This document shows positions 23,951 to 35,499 of a stretch of 64,000 nt of DNA, in pieces. Where the stretch lies: contig OZ024742.1 of NCBI GenBank assembly GCA_964016885.1, positions 159,836,001-159,900,000 of the forward strand, given 5' to 3'. Below the pieces are notes generated by a model, which saw nothing but the letters and a program-made list of their open reading frames with translations, ran no database searches and was not told where the DNA came from. The translations under genes and the position numbers were made by a program. This DNA comes from Eledone cirrhosa (Eukaryota). How positions within the stretch are numbered: position 1 is the stretch's first letter; every line of letters begins with the position of its first letter.

Positions 23951-26167
23951 TATAGGATCAAAAGATGGTTAAAAGCGCGTTATTATAGTAATTGGCGTTA
24001 GCATCAAAGATGTTTTTATTAGAAGATAGGTTAGATATTATTTTTCCAATATTACTAACTATAGCATTCTTAATATTAGTAGGGTGGTTAGATTTAAAAT
24101 TAACATAATTTAGGTTCCCATTGTTTTTATGGTAAGGGTAATATAGGCCAGTGTCAAGATTAAGAGATACATCCAAGAAATTAGCTAGTTTGATGCTGTT
24201 ATCAAATTCAATTTTTAGGTTATGTTGGTTAAAGAGATTACGTATATTGTTCTTAATAATATTAAGGTTAACTATGTTGCAATTTAAGATAGTAAAGAGC
24301 CCATCGTCACGATAAATTCCACCGCGAAGTTGAGGAATTTTCCGACTCAAAGAGTTCAAAATAAAGATACCAATTAAATCTGTCAATTGGGATGAATCGG
24401 ATGCTCTCATTGTGATGTCAAAGTTGTTAGAGGTATTAGCTCTGGTCCAATATTCATTGTTGAACTCTAGGATGGTTTTACGTGCGGTGAGAATGATGTG
24501 AAGTTCATCTGTGGTGATGTCAGAATATTTAAATGCGAAAGATAGAGCATTGTTGAGAAGTGAGGGCGAAATAGAAGAATAGTAGCTGGCAATATCAAAT
24601 TGAATACATTTTTGTTTGTTTTTCTTATTCAATTTGTTGAACCAGCCAATCACTTCAGAAGTACCAAACCATAAATTTAAGTTCAAAGAAGAGCAATTAG
24701 AACGTTTAAATGTTTTATCTTCTAATAAAAACATCTTTGATGCTAACGCCAATTACTATAATAACGCGCTTTCTAAAGCCGGCTATCCTGATAAAATCAA
24801 ATATAATAAAGAAACAAATTCTAGAAGAACTTACAGTAGAATAATTAATCATGATCATTCCAATAACTTTAATAAAAGACCTAGATACAAAAACATAATC
24901 TGGTATAATGCTCCTTTCTCCATCTCTATTAATAATAATATTCCTAAATTATTCTTTAGTGCCTTAAATAAATGCTTCCCTCCCTCACATATCTATAGTA
25001 AAATATTTAACAAACACACTATAAAATTTTCCTATTCGACATCCTCCAACATTTCCAACATTATCTCTAAACACAACAATAAAATACTAAATACTAAATC
25101 TCTTCCTTCCAACACTGAATATCATAATAATAGTAATAGTACTCCCGACGTCATTGTAAACTCTAGGCTAATTTCTGCAAACCCAAATACAACGTCAAAC
25201 ACAACTTCGCTAAATGTTCTTAATCCCATTCTAAATCAAGAAACTATTATTCCTATCGCAAATAACTCGTTAATAATCTCTCTAATCGCAATTGCAATTG
25301 CCCTGCTAAAAATAAATGTCCTCTCAACAACCATTGTCTTGATAAAAACTTAATCTACGAATGTAAAGTTATAACTGACACCAATTCCTTCACCTATTTT
25401 GGCTCCACTTCCACCTCCTTTAAAGCTCGTCTTTATAATCATCATTCGTCTTTTAAATACCAACTTAAAAGAACCAACACGGCTCTCTCAGAACTCATAT
25501 GGTCCTTGAAAGACAAAAAATATTAAATATAACATATCTTGGGAAAAGGTTTCTTCTGCTTCTCCATACTTGAACAGTTCTCTATCCAAGACTTGCAATC
25601 TCTATCTAAATGAAAAATTTACCATTATATCTAATTTAGATTCTATAATAAATAGACGCACTGACTTGTTTTCTCTCTGCTTGCATAAATTCCACAGAAC
25701 ATTCCATAAAGTATACAGCTAATATCCTAAACTTTATCAATTCAGAATCCTTTTCTCAAAGGCACACACATATATATATATACTTCTTTAAAAATATACC
25801 CATCTTTCTACCTTATTTCAAAGTTATTTATTATACATTATATAATACTTGTCACTCATTCTATATCACTCCTATTTATCACTTCCCTTTCTTCCTTTTC
25901 CTTTTCTTTTCTTTTTCTTTTAATTTCTAACCCCTAATCTGTACCTTTTCTCACTGTGCCTAACATAGAAACAATTATTACACAATACAATATATTCTTA
26001 CTTTATCTTACCTTGAAAAAATCCTTCGTAAACATAAACATTTCTTGACGTTAGATTATTCATCCTCTATTCATTATTTTTTTCTCACTTTCATCTAACT
26101 TATTCATGCTCATCTCACAATATATCCTTACCTACATTACTTTTGTTTCTTTTAATAATACATATCA

Positions 26168-26330
26168 ACATTTTCTTTCCATCGCACATATTATTAAACC
26201 CTTAAATATTATTCTTAATACATATTAACATTTTCTTTCCATCGCACATATTATTAAACCCTTAAATATTATTCTTAATACATATTAACAATTTCTTTTC
26301 ATCGCGCATATTATTAAACCCTTCAATATA
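26168..26330 (+). repeat. 60-bp tandem repeat x about 3 in PLE 3' UTR
   Basis: ACATTTTCTTTCCATCGCACATATTATTAAACCCTT... recurs every 60 bp. Confidence 0.85.
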
Positions 26331-26686
26331 CAAACCTTAACTTTACATTATTTTTCTCTTCGTTAATTTTCAAATTCTTTTAATTTATACATTATCTTCC
26401 AACGGTTTTTCAACCTCTCTATGTAAAACAATATATTTTTCTCAGTTATAAAAGCTATCTCTCTCTCTATATCACCTATCTCTCCTCCTATCTCATCCTT
26501 CCTCATTATACTCCTCCCCTCTCCACTTTTTACTCTCATCTCCTCCTCTTTTTCATCCTTTCCACCCCCACCCCCCTCAACAAAATTTTTTCCCCAATAT
26601 CACACATCAATCTAAAACTACTTTTCATATGTTGATTTAAAACTGCACTATCCACAAGTGTTTTTAACCTTCATATCATGTCTTCC

Positions 26687-26756
26687 TATTTTATCTGATG
26701 AAAACACAAATGTATTGCATGATGATATTTGTTTTTGAAATGCGCATAATAAAATA
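26687..26756 (+). ncRNA. Type I hammerhead ribozyme at PLE 3' end
   Basis: Stem I TATTTTAT/ATAAAATA; core CTGATGA; stem II ACAAATGT/ATATTTGT; GAAA; palindromic stem III ATGCGCAT; AUA triplet. Confidence 0.85.
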
Positions 26757-27402
26757 CATGGAACTCTTTTAACCATCTTTTGATCTTATATATTATGTAT
26801 ACTCCAGTCCTACAAACTGTAGAGTGCTTCTTATCCGATATCTGCATTGCTTTATTGTACTACAATAAAACTCACCTCCTACATATATATATATATATAT
26901 ATATACAGTGGCAGACTAGGTCTAAAAATATTGGTTGCCAGATGAAAGGGGCCCACCGACATATAGAATGCTATCACTTAATTTTTATAATGAACAAATA
27001 ACATTTTCAAAATATACATAAGTGGAAACAAAACAGTGCAATCAAATTTTTGCGGAAAAATATCTTACCTTTTCCAATAAAATATATTATGTATTTTGCG
27101 ACATCCAGAGACTTTCAATAATGACCTTTGGTCTTTCATACTCAATCAGTGTGTGTGTGTGTATGTGTGGACAGGAGAAGTATAAAAAAGAGAGACGTGT
27201 AGTGATTAATATAAAGGTAATACATATTAACAGATGTTAAATATATGGTTATTTATCATGTGTCTGTGTGTGTTGTGTACCGGGTTCAATGGGGGGTAAC
27301 CACAGTTAGGTACTCAATACATTAGTAGAGTGTAAACATGTTTGATATAGAAATGGCTTCTAAAGGACAAGAACTGCTTCATTTAAAAGAAATCATTAGG
27401 CT

Positions 27403-27437
<35 letters not shown>

Positions 27438-27668
27438 ATTTAACAAGGGTCAATGAATTCATCAATGAATAAAGTTTCACAATAGATTATAAGCACTCTA
27501 CAGCAAGGTTTTCTGGAAAATATTAATAAATATAGACATTCATGTGATCAAATATATTTTATTATACATATTTCAGAGATACTGAGCTATTTCAACAGTA
27601 AACCACATTGAGCTTTAAATTAAGATATTCGAATTACAAGCACTCTTTTTCGAATCCGTCACCATTAA

Positions 27669-27755
<87 letters not shown>

Positions 27756-27869
27756 GTGTGCTGGAATTACAAATGTAACTATTATCTAGGAATTAATTCC
27801 TACAACTATCTCGATTACTTTAAATACTCGGCACACAACCTAATTCAGAAGATCATTATTCTAATTAAT

Positions 27870-27930
27870 AATAATTGCTTCTACTTTTGGCACAGGGCCA
27901 GCAATTACCCCCAGTCTATTACTGGTACTT

Positions 27931-27978
<48 letters not shown>

Positions 27979-28248
27979 TGCATCTACATTTGGCACAAGG
28001 CCAGCAATTAATCCAGCGTATTACTGGTACTTTATTTTATCGTCCCCGTAAGGATGAAAGGCAAAGTTAACCTCGGCGGGATATGAACTAAGACCGTAAA
28101 GAGGCGTAACTCTATGCTGGATACTGCCAATCCGCCGCCATTAGCTATTAATAATAATTGTTTCTACTTTAGGCACAAGGCCAGCAAATATCCAGTACAT
28201 TACTGGTACTTTATTTTATTGACCCCGTAAGGATGAAAGGCAAAGTTA
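27870..28248 (-). mobile_element. Three tandem or partial MetaSINE-like copies with (TAA)n tails
   Basis: Repeated GGCACAAGGCCAGCAA...TTACTGGTACTTTATTTTAT...CCCCGTAAGGATGAAAGGCAAAG segments. Confidence 0.75.
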
Positions 28249-28254
28249 ATAATG

Positions 28255-29410
28255 ATGATGAAATCTTCAAGTCAGCACTGCCTCGAAAATGACCGCGAAT
28301 AAAGCCGACTCTCGACGCCTCGTTTGTTACCACATGGGAACGAGAGTGACTATTGGTACGACAAGCAAGTACTCTTTGCGAAGAGTCTTCGGCATGATGT
28401 GTCTGAACTCTCGGTTTCCCCATCAACTGTTTATCCAGCAAGAACCAGTTACCGTAAGAAGATGGCTCAGGAAATCGAGTTATCCGCTTTCCCATCTGAA
28501 GACAGGGCCTGGCTAGCCCTCCACTGGAATGGAAAATTATTACTATCGGCTTCCCAATCCATCACATTTGAAGATCGGACTGCAGTTTTAATTCTGAAAA
28601 AGGAAAGAAAGAGCTCTTAGGTGTTCCGATTACAAGATTTCGAACCGAACAACAAATCGTAAATTTATTTTGAAGGAAATTCTACGACTCAAAATTATGG
28701 ATATAATAATTGATGTCCTTCGACAACACTGCCATGTACCAACGAGTCAATATGAAAATTGAAGCAGCTCTGAAAAAATCACTCTGTGACTGACTTACTG
28801 CCAAAACATTCTTGAACTAATACGGGATGTTTGTTTACAAACACACCGAGCATTATAATAAATGTTCGGTGAATCCATACGTACATATATATAAGTGTGC
28901 ATGTATGTATATATATATATACATACTACTGTACGTCTGTATACATATATGTATGTACGTGTACATACTTATATTTAAGTAACAGCCGTACTAAGAGTGG
29001 GAAATTTCATTTCATTTCATTTTTTCCATTCTTGAACTGGTTTGAAGAAAGTTTTCGAAATCTTTTACTCATCATTTGATCCTGGTATCCAATGTTCAAA
29101 AAGTACCATCGATAAGTCTTGATATCAAACTGTACTGGACGAGGATGAGCCCATGGAAGATTTATACAAGCAAAAGATGGAGGAGATGGTTGAATATCTA
29201 CTGACTATACTGCTTTCTGGAGATCATCCCTGAGAAGACTATGCCGAGTTCATAAAACTCTCCCTTCTCTCTCTTTGTGGTTGGTGATCTCCCCCAGCTC
29301 TCCTTCTCAGTCCAAGGAGCTTACCACCAGGCTTGCTGGATTGCTAAGGCCATATATGTGATCAAGATAGTTCTGTTCAAAGAACAATTTAATCTTACAT
29401 CACTAGAGAT
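28255..29410 (+). mobile_element. Degenerate DNA transposase (hAT-related, possibly hATm-like), interrupted by a PLE tail at 28817-29028
   Basis: ALHWNGKLL, EDRTAVL, EDYAEFIKLSLL and GAYHQACWIAKAIYVIKIVLFKEQFNL in broken frames. The subfamily assignment is uncertain. Confidence 0.6.
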
Positions 29411-29419
29411 CTAGAAAAA

Positions 29420-31122
29420 GTAGTTTCTGATAATAGATTTCATCCATAAAAAGTGTTTGGAAATATAATTATAAGCAATATAACTTTAAAAGCAATACAA
29501 TTTAAAAATATTATAGAATATTTTAAGTTATAATTTCAAAATAATAGTATGTTTAATAGATTTAGTATAGAAATTTATTTTACGTATATTTAACTCAAAA
29601 TTTTGAAAGGATAAACTTTCGAAAATAGGAGAAGCTATCAGAACAATAATAAAAAAAAAAATAAATAAATAAAAAATAAAAAATAAAAAATAAGAAATAG
29701 GAAATATTTTCTCCTTTCAATATATTTCTCTAGAATAGTTTATTATATTTATATTTATTTATATTTAGGAAGAAAAGTTATTTTCACTTGAGTAAAAAAA
29801 GATGAAGGAATCTAATGATTTATCGACAGGTTTCATATATTAATAAAATTAATTAATTAATTATATACTACATTTTAAATTTATATTTATATTTAAACAT
29901 TGAGTTTAATCTATGTTTGCAGCAACTGAATAAATTATTCCTTAAGTTCAGGGAATTGTTGGTCTTTAATATAAAGAATATTTCCTCTATACAAAGATCG
30001 CAATTTTCTGAAGAGGAGTTAAAAGGAGTAACTTTGAAATAATATTCCAAATCAATGAATATTCAACGTTCTCTAGTTTTAGGTCCCATAATAGGCTAGA
30101 TAGAGAAGTTGAAGATTTTTTTGTTTGGATATGTAAAATAATGTTTATGATTATTGAAGCGGGATTTAAACTCTGTGGAAGTAGATCCCACATAATTAAA
30201 TGAATTTAAATTAGTTTTTACATTACAATTATATACTACATTTTTAGCTAAGCAATTGTTATTTAACGGACAGTTAGATTTATTTCTACAGTTACATTTA
30301 TCAGATTGAATATTGCTTGGGTTATTATTGGTATTTTGGTTAGGTTTTAAATTTCTATTATTAATTCTATTAATATTTTGCTCTAAATTTTTGGTGGAAG
30401 AATAAGTTAATTTTATAGTATGTCTATTAAAAATTGAGTAATATCTATGGGTTCTAGGGAAGCATTTGTCAAGAGCTTTAAAAAATAGTTTAACAATAGG
30501 GGTTTTAATATTTAATGAGAAAGGAGGAGCGAACCATAATGTTCCTAGTTCTATTTCTTTTTCGGCTTTCGGAATTAATGTAAGGTTTTCTATTATAGTT
30601 GTTAAAATTGTTACCATAGTTAAAATTGTTACGATTATGGTTAGTTGTTATATTATTATTATTATCGATGTATTTAATTTTATTTCTATACCCAGCTCTA
30701 CCTAACGCTTCGTTGTAATAATGTGTCATCAAATATTAGCTGAAATATTCGAAATTCGTTCTTGTACAGAGTTCACTATAGTATTTTTAACGGATCTGGG
30801 GTGATTAGAGTTAAAATTGACGTAATTTAAGTTCTCATTTAGTTTGTGAAATGGATAATGAAGACATGTGTTAAGATTTAGTGTTACATCTAGAAAATTG
30901 ACTATTTTATGGTTATTCTCTACTATAAATTAAGGTAATTAAAAAATTGTATAATTTGTTTTCTTTTTCTATTTAGTTCACAGTTATTATTTTCTATAAG
31001 TAAAAGCATGTCGTCACGATATAAACCTCCCGTTATCTCAGGTATTTTTCTATGTAGAGAATTAATTATAAATAGGCCCACAAGATCCGTTACCTGGGCG
31101 GAATCGGAAGATCCCATAGTTA
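29420..31122 (-). mobile_element. Penelope-like element relic (RT plus GIY-YIG)
   Basis: TMGSSDSAQVTDLVG, GLYRDD, WFAPPFS, CFPRTH..IFNRHT, CNCRNKSNCPLNNNCL, NVVYNC..YVGST and CDLCIEE, with frameshifts. Confidence 0.88.
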
Positions 31123-31123
31123 T

Positions 31124-31735
31124 GACATCCATCAAAATGATATAGCATGGCAATTTACATATAAAGGTTAAAGGATAAAGATAAAAATAAAAATAAAAAT
31201 AAAAATGAAGCATTGGCAGTCTATGAGGATAAAGCAAGAGGAAAGTTTAGAGTAGTCAGTGTATGAAACAATCTCACGTGTAGCATGCACGCGTGTCTTA
31301 TTTATACAGGATTAGAGTGCATCAGAATGTTACTTGCAGGGTCAGGCAGTTGAAGCAGGCAATCGATATTATTATGTGGGCTGAATTATTTTTATTTTTA
31401 TTTTTATTTTTATTTTTATTTTTATCTTTATCCTTTAACCTTTATATGTAAATTGCCATGCTATATCATTTTGATGGATGTCATCCCACTGTGGGTCAAT
31501 ATGTGCATATGTTTTTATATGTCTCTTGTGTTGAAAAGGAGGTCAAGTATGTTATAGATCACTAAATAGTTGCTCCGAAGAATCCAAACCTCGGTTTGGA
31601 GGAAACAATTGTAAGCAAATAAATGATTTAAACTGAACTTTGATTTCTGTAATCTCTATATAACTGCTCTGTAAAACAACCGATGTTATTACATTGAGCT
31701 ATTTATCTTACTGGTAATAAAATAGTAATTAATGA
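31124..31735 (+). mobile_element. PLE-type 3' end with inverted 5' segment
   Basis: 31124-31206 is the reverse complement of about 31390-31482, followed by the hammerhead at 31570 and a TTGAGCT tail. Confidence 0.65.
31570..31618 (+). ncRNA. Minimal type I hammerhead (CCGAAGA, U4C core)
   Basis: TTGCT-CCGAAGA-A-TCCAAACC(TC)GGTTTGGA-G-GAAA-CAATTG-TA-AGCAA. Confidence 0.8.
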
Positions 31736-31884
31736 CTATCTTTCACTATTTAGGGTTTGTATAAAAAATATATAACCATAAAAGGTTTTATTACATACAT
31801 AACCATAAATAGTATCCTTAATACTATATATATATATATATATATATAATGGAAAAATTTGAACAGGGACAAAACAGAGAGGCA

Positions 31885-31965
<81 letters not shown>

Positions 31966-32038
31966 CATACATATATATATCCATATATGGTGATTGCTTC
32001 ATCTTTACAAATGATTGCCATCTCCCTAAGCACCCCCA

Positions 32039-32815
32039 TCAACCATCACCAACTCCAAACGTCCGTTCATGGACTCTGAAGTGGCTTTTACGCCCAGCTG
32101 CATATGTCCACAGTCGGCAGCAAAAGTAACAGACAAATGATGTGCCATCTAATGGACTGATTAGGTCAGTTTGTGGGATGTCATCCTTATGTACCCTCAT
32201 ATGCCTTTTAAGAACAGAAATTGATTTGCAGATGTTTTTGCACACCATACATGTTATCTCATCTAGTATTGGAGGGATAGTACTGCATACAGTTGGCTTT
32301 TCATGTGATTTTAAATGAGTGATGTATCCAGATGTAGAGACCAATAGACGACCACACACTTCACAACTCCAGCTCCCTATGTTCTTATTGAGGTTGATGG
32401 TGTGGCTTTTTTGAAGTTTTTTGTGGTCAAGATGTCTCTCTTTAAACATTCTGCAGCCTTCCTTCACATGTCCTCTTTAAAGCAAGCACTTCTGAACTTC
32501 AAACTGTAGATCAGTAAGGTCTTTTATGCAATCTTTATATCTTTTTCTTGGTTTGTGCTGAGGACGTTTCCCAGTGAAACAACTGACTGTAAAACAGTTG
32601 TTTTGGGAGTCTTTCCTCATTCATGTGTACAACATGGCCTACCAAACGCATTTGAGACAATATGATTGCTGATTCAATGCTCGTGCAACCAGCATCTATA
32701 AGGATTTATGTGTCAGGTATTTATGGAAATAGGTTTGGTGTAGTTGACACTTTTGTTTACCTGAGCTGTGCATTGTCAAGGGATTGTTTGCTGGATGCAG
32801 AAATACACCTGCACA
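32039..32815 (-). mobile_element. RTE-type LINE 3' fragment ending in three C2H2 zinc fingers, with an inverted RT piece at about 32700-32815
   Basis: GHVVHMNEERLPKQLF and GKRPQHKPRKRYKDCIK, then CEVC..HLKSH, CMVC..HMRVH and CYFC..HFRVH. Plus-strand VVDTFVYLSCALSRD. Confidence 0.8.
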
Positions 32816-33144
32816 TTTTAATACATACATACATACCTAACGATGATAATGATGATGACCACAACTCAATTTCGAGTAATGCCATCACTTGATACTTAAG
32901 CATGAGCATCACAGATGTGGCTTTTTAGTCCTGTTAGGAACTTACCTATGGCCAGCATCAGAAAATATGTCACATATTAAGTGATGCCAGTGCTTGAAGC
33001 TTTTTTAAGTAAGGAAAGCCTTTGCATGGGGCCAATCCCACTCTCATACATACATACATACATACATACATACACACATACATACACACATACACACATA
33101 CATACATACACACACATACATACATACATACATACATACATACA

Positions 33145-33178
<34 letters not shown>

Positions 33179-33345
33179 GTGTGTGTGTGTGTGTGTGTGT
33201 GTTTATTGATATTCTTTATCACCTTCTTTAAAACAACAACAAAAAATCAACAAAATGTTTGTAGCACATAATGCAATCAACTGCCCTTTTATTTATTTTC
33301 TCTTAAATATTTAGGATACCATAGTCAGTATAACCTTAAGCAGAC

Positions 33346-33384
33346 TTAATAATATTAATAATAATGAGCAGGAATGTTCCTTCT

Positions 33385-33453
<69 letters not shown>

Positions 33454-33575
33454 TATGTATACGTAATGAGAGAAATGGAATTTCATTTTTTCCATTTATA
33501 TATATATATATATGTATATATGTATATATATATATAAGGAGAAGGAACATTCCTGCTCATTATTATTAATATTAA
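33346..33575. repeat. Inverted repeat pair flanking (TA)n
   Basis: TTAATAATAATGAGCAGGAATGTTCCTTCTCCTTAT ... ATAAGGAGAAGGAACATTCCTGCTCATTATTATTAA. Confidence 0.8.
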
Positions 33576-33576
33576 A

Positions 33577-33768
33577 GGGCGGTGGATTGGCAGTATCGGT
33601 AGAGAGTGGACGCCATGCTTTGCAGCACAGTTACGTCCCTTTACGGATTGCGTTCAAATCCCGCCGAGGTTAACTTTGCCTTTCATCCTTACGGGGTCTA
33701 TAAAATAAAGTACCAGTAATGTACTGGGTAATTGTTGGCCTTGTGCTTAAAGTAGAAACAATTATTAC
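33577..33768 (+). mobile_element. Full-length tRNA-derived SINE (MetaSINE-like core)
   Basis: A box TGGCAGTATCGG, B box GTTCAAATCC, core GCCTTTCATCCTTACGGGGTC..TAAAATAAAGTACCAG and ATT tail. Confidence 0.85.
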
Positions 33769-33793
33769 TATATATATATATATATATATATAT

Positions 33794-35284
33794 CATCATC
33801 TTCGTTTAACGTCCATCTGCCACGCTAGCATGGGTTAGACGGGAGTTCTCCCACTTGAGGCGAGGTTGGTCGGGTGACCGTGTCTCGCTCATATAGGACT
33901 ATCTGGCAGGTTTTCTATGACTGGATGCCCTTCCTAACACCAACCACATTTACAGTATGGACCGGGAACTTTTTACCGTGTTACCTTCACGGCCACATTA
34001 CAGCGTGGACTGTGTGGTTTTTTGTCATGACACCTACATGATCTCGATCTCATTATCTCATTTATTTGGAGGGTGGTCGATTGGCAGTAATGGTAGAGGG
34101 TCGGACGCCATGCTTTGATGTATAGAGTTACGGTCCTTGCCATTCTGAGTTCAAATCCCGCCGAGAATAACTTTGCCTTTCATCCTTACGGGGTCGATAA
34201 AATAAAGTACCAGTAATGCACTGGGTATTTGCTGGCCTTGTGCCAAACGTAGAAACAATTATCTCATTTATTTGGACTGGATGTTGTGGTACCTACTTTA
34301 CAGAGAGAGGATGGTTTTGGTGGGAGTGGGAGGATAGGGTAGGGGTAGTGGATTGGGGTGTCTATTTGGTTAAGACGTAGGTTTCGCTTTGTACATAGGC
34401 AAAGCGGGTCTTCTGTAATACTGCGTAACGCCAAAGCTCTCGGTCCAGTGACATTGTCTTAGAGAGGTGCAAGTGTGTAAGGTTGGAATTTATCAGATCG
34501 TCCCAGGTTTTTCTGGGTCTACCTACACCGTAACTACCATCAATTTTGATCGCCCTGCACTTTTTTATACGGCTGTCGTCTTTCATGCGCATCACGTGGC
34601 CATACCAACGTAGTCTTCTCTCAAGTAAACAGCATCTAATCCCTCTTATTCCTAATTTCTCACTTAGTTCATTTATGCTTTGCCGTTCACGTATATTACT
34701 ATTACACATCCAATGGCGCATGCATGCTTTGTTCCTTTCCAGTCTGCGCAGGTCCTCTGCACGTAATGCCCAGGTCTCACTGCCATGTAACATTGCTGTC
34801 CGTATACAGGCATCATACAATCTGCCTTTCATTTTTAGAGAGAAACCTTTTGTGGCCAACAGCGGTATAAGCTCTCTGAACTTTTTCCACCCTGTTCTGA
34901 CTCTGGCTACTGTACTTTCAGAACACCCTCCATCACTGCTGATTTCGTCACCCAGGTAACGGAAAGTGTCCACTATTTCAATAGAACCATCTGGGCAATA
35001 GAAGGAGCTAGTATCCTGTGGACACTTATTGCACCTGAGCATCAGCCACATATAAACTCTACGTTCTTAGATAGTTTACCTGTGATCCCACTACATCTTT
35101 TATGTACCCATACTTTGCATTTGGGACATAAAATGGAATTTCTGCCTACTCCTTTCCTACACACTGAGCATGGCCATTTCCCTGAGGGCACCTGTGTCCT
35201 ATTTTCCTTTCTAAAAACTAGAACTTTAGTCTTAGACAAGTTAACTTTAAGGTCTTTTGATTCTAGGCCATGCTTCTAGGCCAT

Positions 35285-35285
<1 letters not shown>
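33794..35285 (-). mobile_element. 5'-truncated RTE-clade LINE (RT C-terminus, 3' UTR, (GAT)n tail)
   Basis: ORFs 35042-35239 and 34362-35051 (VDTFRYLG, LHGSETW, RRLRWYGHV, GRPRKTW). Homologous to 35500-37126. Confidence 0.92.
34071..34260 (+). mobile_element. tRNA SINE inserted in the RTE 3' UTR with a target-site duplication
   Basis: ATTATCTCATTTATTTGGA at 34052-34070 and 34258-34276. Confidence 0.88.
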
Positions 35286-35338
<53 letters not shown>

Positions 35339-35347
35339 CATATTTTG

Positions 35348-35410
35348 TATTTTATCTGAAGAAAGCGTACCAAAGTATTTTGGTACCCTCGAAATATACA
35401 TAATAAAATA
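35348..35410 (+). ncRNA. Solo type I hammerhead between (TA)n tracts
   Basis: TATTTTAT-CTGAAGA, stem II GTACCAAA/TTTGGTAC, GAAA-TATACA-TA-ATAAAATA. Stem I is extended by AAACCATATT/AATATGGTTT. Confidence 0.75.
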
Positions 35411-35499
35411 AATATGGTTTTATAAATATATATATATATATTTATACATGTGTATATACCCCTATACTTAGTATATACCTCTATACTTAGTATATACCC

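Larger units (their letters stand above)
23955..26790 (+). mobile_element. Penelope-like element with an inverted 5' RT segment and a 3' hammerhead
   Basis: Minus-strand RT 23958-24680 (QFDIASYY, IYRDDGL, FLDVSLNL, SNHP). Plus-strand continuation 24715-25720 (WYNAPFS, CFPPSH, Cys cluster, LIYECK..YFGST). GATCAAAAGATGGTTAAA at about 23956 is the inverse of the 3' end at about 26768. Confidence 0.9.

Noticed and set aside
33577-33665. tRNA genes at SINE heads
   Set aside because: A and B boxes are present but no cloverleaf, and each continues into a SINE core and tail.
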